A stretch of DNA of 32,000 nucleotides from Bifidobacterium longum subsp. longum JCM 1217 (GTDB taxonomy: Bacteria; Actinomycetota; Actinomycetes; Actinomycetales; Bifidobacteriaceae): positions 930,001 to 962,000 of the forward strand of contig NC_015067.1 of NCBI RefSeq assembly GCF_000196555.1, given 5' to 3'. Each line of letters starts with the position of its first letter. The stretch's first letter is position 1. The translations under genes were made by a program, and so were the position numbers. The notes beneath the pieces were generated by a model. That model was given only the letters and a program-made list of their open reading frames with translations. It had not been told where the DNA came from and did not search any database. Positions 27,806-32,000 of the stretch are shown here, piece after piece.

Positions 27806-28111
27806 ATGCCTACTCTCGTCGTTTCCATTACCCTGTTCGTCCTCGCGCTGCTCATCGGCATCGAGGTCATCGGCAAGGTGCCCGCCACCCTGCACACGCC
27901 GCTTATGTCCGGCGCGAACTCCATCCACGGCATCGTCATCGTCGGCGTTGTGATCGTGGCAGCCGAAGCCAATAGACCGCTGGCCTACGTGTTCATCTTC
28001 CTGGCCGCTGTGCTGGGCACCATGAACGTCGTTGGTGGCTACGTGGTCACCGACCGCATGCTTGAGATGTTCAAGTCCAGCAAGAACGAGAAGAAGGGGG
28101 AGTCGAAGTAA
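27806..28111 (+). CDS. pntAB: NAD(P) transhydrogenase subunit alpha, part 2 (membrane dII segment)
   Basis: 101 aa, three hydrophobic helices, with conserved LHTPLMSGANSIHGI. It sits between pntAA and pntB. Confidence 0.92.
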   Translation: MPTLVVSITLFVLALLIGIEVIGKVPATLHTPLMSGANSIHGIVIVGVVIVAAEANRPLAYVFIFLAAVLGTMNVVGGYVVTDRMLEMFKSSKNEKKGESK

Positions 28112-29535
28112 TGACCTCCGCAACCGTTGGCGCCATCGACATCGTCGCTTGGTTCGTCTACCTGTTCTCTGCCGTCCTGTTTGTGGTCGGTCTGCATTTC
28201 ATGAATTCGCCGAAGACCGCCCGCAAGGGTAACCAGATCTCCGCGTTCGGCATGGTCGTGGCCGTGCTCATGGCGTTCATCGTGCTCTTCGCCAAGGGCT
28301 TCGTGAACATTGTCGCCGTGGTGGTGCTGGTCGTCGGCATCCTGATCGGTGCCGTGGCCGGTGTCGTCTCCGCCAAGAAGGTGAAGATGACCGATATGCC
28401 GCAGCTGGTCTCCGTGTTCAATACCGTGGGTGGTGGCGCCGCCGCACTCGTGGCCCTGAACGACATCCTGACCAAGGAAGGCACCCCGGACATCGTGGTG
28501 CTCATCACCGCTGGTCTCGGTATTCTCATCGGTTCTGTGACCTTCACCGGCTCGCTCATCGCAGCCGGCAAGCTGCAGGGTATCAAGTGGGTCAAGAAGC
28601 TGAACCTGCCGGGCAAGGGCGTATGGAACATTCTGTTCGCCGTGCTGTCTGTCGTCTCGCTGGTCATGCTGTGCGTCCAGCCCGAACAGCGTCTGCTGTG
28701 GTCGATTCTGACCACCGTGTTCGCCCTGTGCTACGGCTTGGTGTTCGTGATTCCGATCGGCGGCGCCGATATGCCCGTCGTCATCTCTGTGCTCAACGCA
28801 TGCACCGGTACGGCTGTGGCTATGTCCGGTCTGGCGATTGACAATGTCGCCCTGATCGTGGCCGGCGCACTCGTCGGTTCCGCAGGTGTGACCCTGTCCA
28901 TCCTCATGGCTCAGGCCATGAACCGCCCGCTGCTCTCCGTCTTGGCCGGTGGCTTCGGCGGTGGTGCTGACGCCGCCGCTGCTGGCGATGGTCCGGAAGG
29001 AACCATGAAGGAGACCACGCCGGACGATCTGGCCGTTCAGCTCGTCTACGCGCAGAAGGTCATCTTCGTGCCCGGCTTCGGTTTGGCTCAGGCTCAGGCC
29101 CAGCGCGAGCTCGCTGACCTCGGCGAACTGCTCAAGGGCCACGGCGTGGAAGTCTCCTACGCCATTCACCCGGTCGCAGGCCGTATGCCTGGCCACATGA
29201 ACGTGTTGCTGGCCGAGGCCAACGTGCCCTACGAGGAGCTCGTGGATCTTGATGAGATCAACCCGCAGTTCCCGCAGGCCAACGTGGCTCTGGTCGTCGG
29301 CGCCAACGATGTGACCAACCCGGCTGCTCGCCGTCCCGGCACCCCGGTCTCCGGCATGCCGATTCTCGACGTCGACAAGTCCCAGAACGTCGTGGTCATG
29401 AAGCGCGGCCGCGGTATGGGCTACGCCGGCATCCAGAACGAGCTCTACTTCGAAGACAACACCCAGATGCTGTTCGGTGACGCGAAGAAGAGTCTGCAGT
29501 CCGTCATCGCCGCCGTCAAGGAATTGCTCGCGTAA
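28111..29535 (+). CDS. pntB: NAD(P) transhydrogenase subunit beta
   Basis: 474 aa. The ATG overlaps the pntAB stop (TAATG). A polytopic N-terminal half is followed by the dIII NADP(H) domain (GFGLAQAQAQ, AIHPVAGRMPGHMNVLLAEA, GANDVTNPAA). Confidence 0.96.
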   Translation: MTSATVGAIDIVAWFVYLFSAVLFVVGLHFMNSPKTARKGNQISAFGMVVAVLMAFIVLFAKGFVNIVAVVVLVVGILIGAVAGVVSAKKVKMTDMPQLVSVFNTVGGGAAALVALNDILTKEGTPDIVVLITAGLGILIGSVTFTGSLIAAGKLQGIKWVKKLNLPGKGVWNILFAVLSVVSLVMLCVQPEQRLLWSILTTVFALCYGLVFVIPIGGADMPVVISVLNACTGTAVAMSGLAIDNVALIVAGALVGSAGVTLSILMAQAMNRPLLSVLAGGFGGGADAAAAGDGPEGTMKETTPDDLAVQLVYAQKVIFVPGFGLAQAQAQRELADLGELLKGHGVEVSYAIHPVAGRMPGHMNVLLAEANVPYEELVDLDEINPQFPQANVALVVGANDVTNPAARRPGTPVSGMPILDVDKSQNVVVMKRGRGMGYAGIQNELYFEDNTQMLFGDAKKSLQSVIAAVKELLA

Positions 29536-29543
29536 CCATTCTT

Positions 29544-29656
29544 GGCTCCCCTCTGTGAGGGGAGCTGTCGAACGGAGTGAGACTGAGGGGAGTAGCCCAT
29601 ACGCGGGTGCTCCCCTCAGTCAGCTTCGCTGGCGGCTCCCCTCACAGAGGGGAGCC
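29544..29656. repeat. 113-bp composite palindrome: two ~48-nt units of the GGCTCCCCTC..GAGGGGAGC-N-CTGAGGGGAG family in inverted orientation
   Basis: The left unit (29544-29592) is ggctcccctctgtgaggggagc-tgtcgaacggagtgaga-ctgaggggag. The right unit (29610-29656) is ctcccctcag-tcagcttcgctggc-ggctcccctcacagaggggagcc. The spacer is tagcccatacgcgggtg. It fills the gap between the convergent pntB and hydrolase genes. Confidence 0.9.
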
Positions 29657-29670
29657 GAGCTCTATATCTA

Positions 29671-30708
29671 CTACAGCCCAAACACCCGCTTAACAAAGCT
29701 GTTAACGCGACGCCAATAGCGGTCCGGATCGGTGCTGGCGCTCATCGTGTGGTCGGCGCCGGGAATCAGCAGCTTCTCGCGGTCGATGCTGGCGCAGGCG
29801 TTGTAATTGATGTCCAGATACTTCGGATTGACAAAAGTATCCGCTCCGCCATGAATGAACATCATCGGAATAGTCGCGTGCCGTAATGCCTTCACACAGG
29901 AGGCGTCCTCAAACCGGTATCCAGCCTTGCGTTCAGACACATGACTGGCCACTTTGACCAGCAGCACGGCCAACGAGTGCGGCAAACGGAACATCGCCTC
30001 GGCATTATCCGTAAACTGCGAGACCACGGAACTGTATCCGCAATCGGAAATCGCGGCGACGACGTTGCGGGGGAGTCGCGCATCGCCGGCCGCCATCATC
30101 ACCGTGGCGGCGCCCATCGAATTGCCATGCAACAGAATGCGTGCATCCGGATCAGCTGCGGTGATCAGCGAAACCCAGCCCAACAGATCGTCGCTTTCCA
30201 GCAATCCCATACCCACGTAACGCCCTTCGCTCAACTCATGGGCGCGCTGCGCGGGTAGCAGGACCGTAAAACCGAGTTGCGCATAGCGATGCGCCCATTT
30301 GGCCATTTCCGCGGGCTCTCCGGCATAGCCATGGCAGCAGATCGCGTATAGATGCGGCTGTGGGTCGGAACAATCCGGGTCCAACAGCCAGCCGTGGAGT
30401 TTCAATCCATCATGGCTGCGCAGCGTGACCGATTGCTTGGCCTCCTCGAACCACCGGGCGGCCTCAAGCTGCTCGGACATGTCGAATTCGATGCCTTTCG
30501 GTGTCTCCTCGTGCGGCATGTTGAACATCGAACGTTTGGCCTTGGTGTCCAGCGCGAACGTGAACATGACGTTGGCGGCCGCGGCTGTGACGCCGGCTCC
30601 TGTGGCGGCTATCGCGGCAAGTGCCGCAGCCATACCCCTGACAACGCGAGTGTGTGCGGCGATGACGTCATGGCCATCCTCATTGATGACGTCGTCCGAA
30701 CGAGTCAT
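29671..30708 (-). CDS. Alpha/beta-fold hydrolase (serine hydrolase) with an N-terminal membrane anchor
   Basis: 345 aa. RBS GGGAGG lies 5 nt upstream of the ATG. There is a TM segment (VVRGMAAALAAIAATGAGVTAAAANVMF) and a nucleophile elbow GNSMGAAT (GxSxG). Asp and His regions follow (HGGADTFV, GADHTMS). Confidence 0.85.
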   Translation of the reverse strand: MTRSDDVINEDGHDVIAAHTRVVRGMAAALAAIAATGAGVTAAAANVMFTFALDTKAKRSMFNMPHEETPKGIEFDMSEQLEAARWFEEAKQSVTLRSHDGLKLHGWLLDPDCSDPQPHLYAICCHGYAGEPAEMAKWAHRYAQLGFTVLLPAQRAHELSEGRYVGMGLLESDDLLGWVSLITAADPDARILLHGNSMGAATVMMAAGDARLPRNVVAAISDCGYSSVVSQFTDNAEAMFRLPHSLAVLLVKVASHVSERKAGYRFEDASCVKALRHATIPMMFIHGGADTFVNPKYLDINYNACASIDREKLLIPGADHTMSASTDPDRYWRRVNSFVKRVFGL

Positions 30709-30736
30709 ATCAACCTCCCGATACGGTACTCACCAT

Positions 30737-30905
30737 CGTACGTTATTTTCGAAATCATCCCCAACTTCGTGAAAGACCGTACACTGAGTGTCGCTGAGCG
30801 TACGATTTTCACGAAATGGCGGACGATTTCGTGAAAACCGTACGTTGAGAACGGGTAAGCGTACGTTCTTCACAAAGTTAGGGATTATTTCGCGGAAACC
30901 GTACG
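30737..30905. repeat. Array of three tandem 61-62-bp units, each an imperfect ~46-bp palindrome bounded by CGTACG
   Basis: Left-arm CGTACG sits at 30737, 30799 and 30860. Right-arm CGTAC(A/G) sits at 30778, 30839 and 30900. Unit 2 is cgtacgattttcacgaaat-ggcggacg-atttcgtgaaaaccgtacg, with arms matching 18/19. Units 1 and 3 are more degenerate. The region is AT-rich relative to its flanks. Confidence 0.9.
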
Positions 30906-31136
30906 TTGACGTGGCTGGGACGGCCGGGATGCAGTGTCATCGAAGCATCACCGCGCCAAAGTCCGGAGTTGGCGTATACTTGACAATTGTTGCTTTGGCG
31001 AGGGAAGTGTGCGTGCTGACACATGACACAGCTTCCGTTATCGACTCGGTGTATTTCACTCCTTGTAGGGTGTCTTTCGGCGTGTCGTGGCGTCTGAGCG
31101 AGACAGAACGAAACGAAACTACAAGGAGTATCCATT

Positions 31137-31757
31137 ATGGCTACCACCATTAAGCTTGAGGGCGAGGCCCGTTCCGAGTTCGGCAAGGGCGTTGCTCGTC
31201 GTCTGCGCGTTGCCAACAAGATTCCGGCCACCATCTACGCCGGCGGCGAAGAGCCCGCCTTCGTGACCTTGCCGATGCGCGAGACCACCCTGGCCCTGCG
31301 TCACACCAACGCCCTGTTCACCATCGCCTTCGACGGCAACACCAAGATGGCCGTCGTCAAGGACGTGCAGAAGAACCCGGTCAAGCGCATCATCGAGCAC
31401 GTTGACTTCCTTGAGGTCAAGGCCGGTGAGAAGATCGACGTCGAGGTGCCGGTCTTCGTTGAAGGCACCCCGAAGGGCGCTGCTGTGGCATTCGTCGACA
31501 TTCAGGAGCTCAAGGTTCGCGCTGACGTCGCCAACCTGCCTGAGAAGATCGTTGTGAGCGTCGAGGGCCTAACCGACGGCACCAAGGTGTTCGCTAAGGA
31601 CGTTGTTCTGCCTGAAGGCGTTGAGCTCGACGTTGAGGACCCGGAAGAGTCCGTCGTCACCGTTGAGGTGCCGGAAGATGCTTCTGAGTCCACCGCCGCT
31701 CCGGAAGCTGCTGCTCCGGCTGCCGACGCTGCTGCTCCGGCTGCCGACGCCAAGTGA
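31137..31757 (+). CDS. rplY: 50S ribosomal protein L25 / general stress protein Ctc
   Basis: 206 aa. RBS aaggag lies upstream. MATTIKLEGEARSEFGKGVARRLR..NKIPA..YG is typical of the long Ctc-form L25. It has an Ala/Pro-rich C-terminal tail. Confidence 0.93.
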   Translation: MATTIKLEGEARSEFGKGVARRLRVANKIPATIYAGGEEPAFVTLPMRETTLALRHTNALFTIAFDGNTKMAVVKDVQKNPVKRIIEHVDFLEVKAGEKIDVEVPVFVEGTPKGAAVAFVDIQELKVRADVANLPEKIVVSVEGLTDGTKVFAKDVVLPEGVELDVEDPEESVVTVEVPEDASESTAAPEAAAPAADAAAPAADAK

Positions 31758-31803
31758 GTCGATCGCTTCGATAGCGAACAATTCAGAACATAACTGAAAC
31801 GTG

Positions 31804-31848
31804 GAAGCCCGCAGCCGTTGAGAACGGTGCGGGCTTCTTCGTTTTTTC
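31804..31848 (+). terminator. Rho-independent terminator of rplY
   Basis: gaagcccgcagccgtt-gag-aacggtgcgggcttc forms a stem with one bulged nt. It is followed by ttcgtttttt (T-run 31842-31847). Confidence 0.85.
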
Positions 31849-32000
31849 ACCATGTGAACTCTGCCACACGAGTAACACATGGGTGTGCAAAAGTATGCAA
31901 CAGAGCTCGCGCCACAAGCGCACAGCACACACCCCATATGGTGGCTTTCGGGCCGCCAAAGTCAAGAAGAAGTAGCTAGTAATGACTGAAAACACGCACC

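Noticed and set aside
29477-29719. 80-aa ORF across the 113-bp composite palindrome.
   Set aside because: It starts inside pntB and ends inside the convergent hydrolase gene. Its middle is simply the translated repeat (…GSSPYAGAPLSQLRWRLPSQRGAE…). This is the kind of tiny 'hypothetical protein' such repeats generate.
30737-30905. Possible small CRISPR array.
   Set aside because: The repeats occur as inverted pairs rather than direct repeats. There are only three units, the 'spacers' are 8-15 nt, and no cas genes or leader are nearby.
30788-31153. 121-aa ORF (and 30352-30834, 160 aa) running through the palindromic array.
   Set aside because: There is no RBS. The reading frame is produced by the repeat units themselves (RTIFTKWRTIS / RTFFTKLGIIS are just translated repeats). 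It also overlaps the rplY start.
31982-32000. ATG at 31982 (MTENTH…) that might start the next gene after rplY (pth is a common neighbour).
   Set aside because: Only 19 nt are visible and there is no convincing RBS, so it cannot be supported from this window.

Overview
This is a high-GC (about 60%) actinobacterial core-chromosome segment. Gene content, gene order and the intergenic repeat family fit Bifidobacterium best; that is inference from memory, not a search. I can support 28 CDS (one partial at the left edge) and one tRNA. In order: mltG 3' end; a short TadV-like prepilin peptidase; the shikimate genes aroC, a fused aroK-aroB and aroQ; an M20 dipeptidase; pyrG; a membrane-anchored L,D-transpeptidase; a SUF Fe-S operon (sufB-sufD-sufC-sufS-sufU-DUF59); glgC; a TrmH-family methyltransferase; tRNA-Leu(GAG); the conserved rsmE-HIT-phoH-ybeY-corC-era cluster; an acyl-CoA synthetase divergent from pntAA-pntAB-pntB; an alpha/beta hydrolase; and rplY (L25/Ctc). 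I see no transposase, integrase, phage gene, cas gene, toxin-antitoxin pair or other recognisable defence or mobile protein system. Every long unassigned ORF is an antisense shadow of a recognisable gene, as expected at this GC content. All the unexplained structure is therefore non-coding. (1) A family of GGCTCCCCTC..GAGGGGAGC / CTGAGGGGAG palindromic elements sits at five intergenic loci, including a 113-bp composite palindrome and a mosaic copy inside the shikimate operon. (2) An array of three tandem 61-62-bp units, each an imperfect ~46-bp palindrome bounded by CGTACG, lies between the hydrolase and rplY. (3) A 90-bp element with perfect 16-bp terminal inverted repeats lies between sufC and sufS. 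(4) Several short tandem duplications and palindromes occur in promoter regions. Protein-level oddities are modest: the AroK-AroB fusion, a Cys/His-rich N-terminal extension on the DUF59 protein, an insertion in SufU, and a long N-terminal region on the acyl-CoA synthetase. Nothing here convinces me of a new protein-coding system, and the repeat elements are the best candidates for follow-up.
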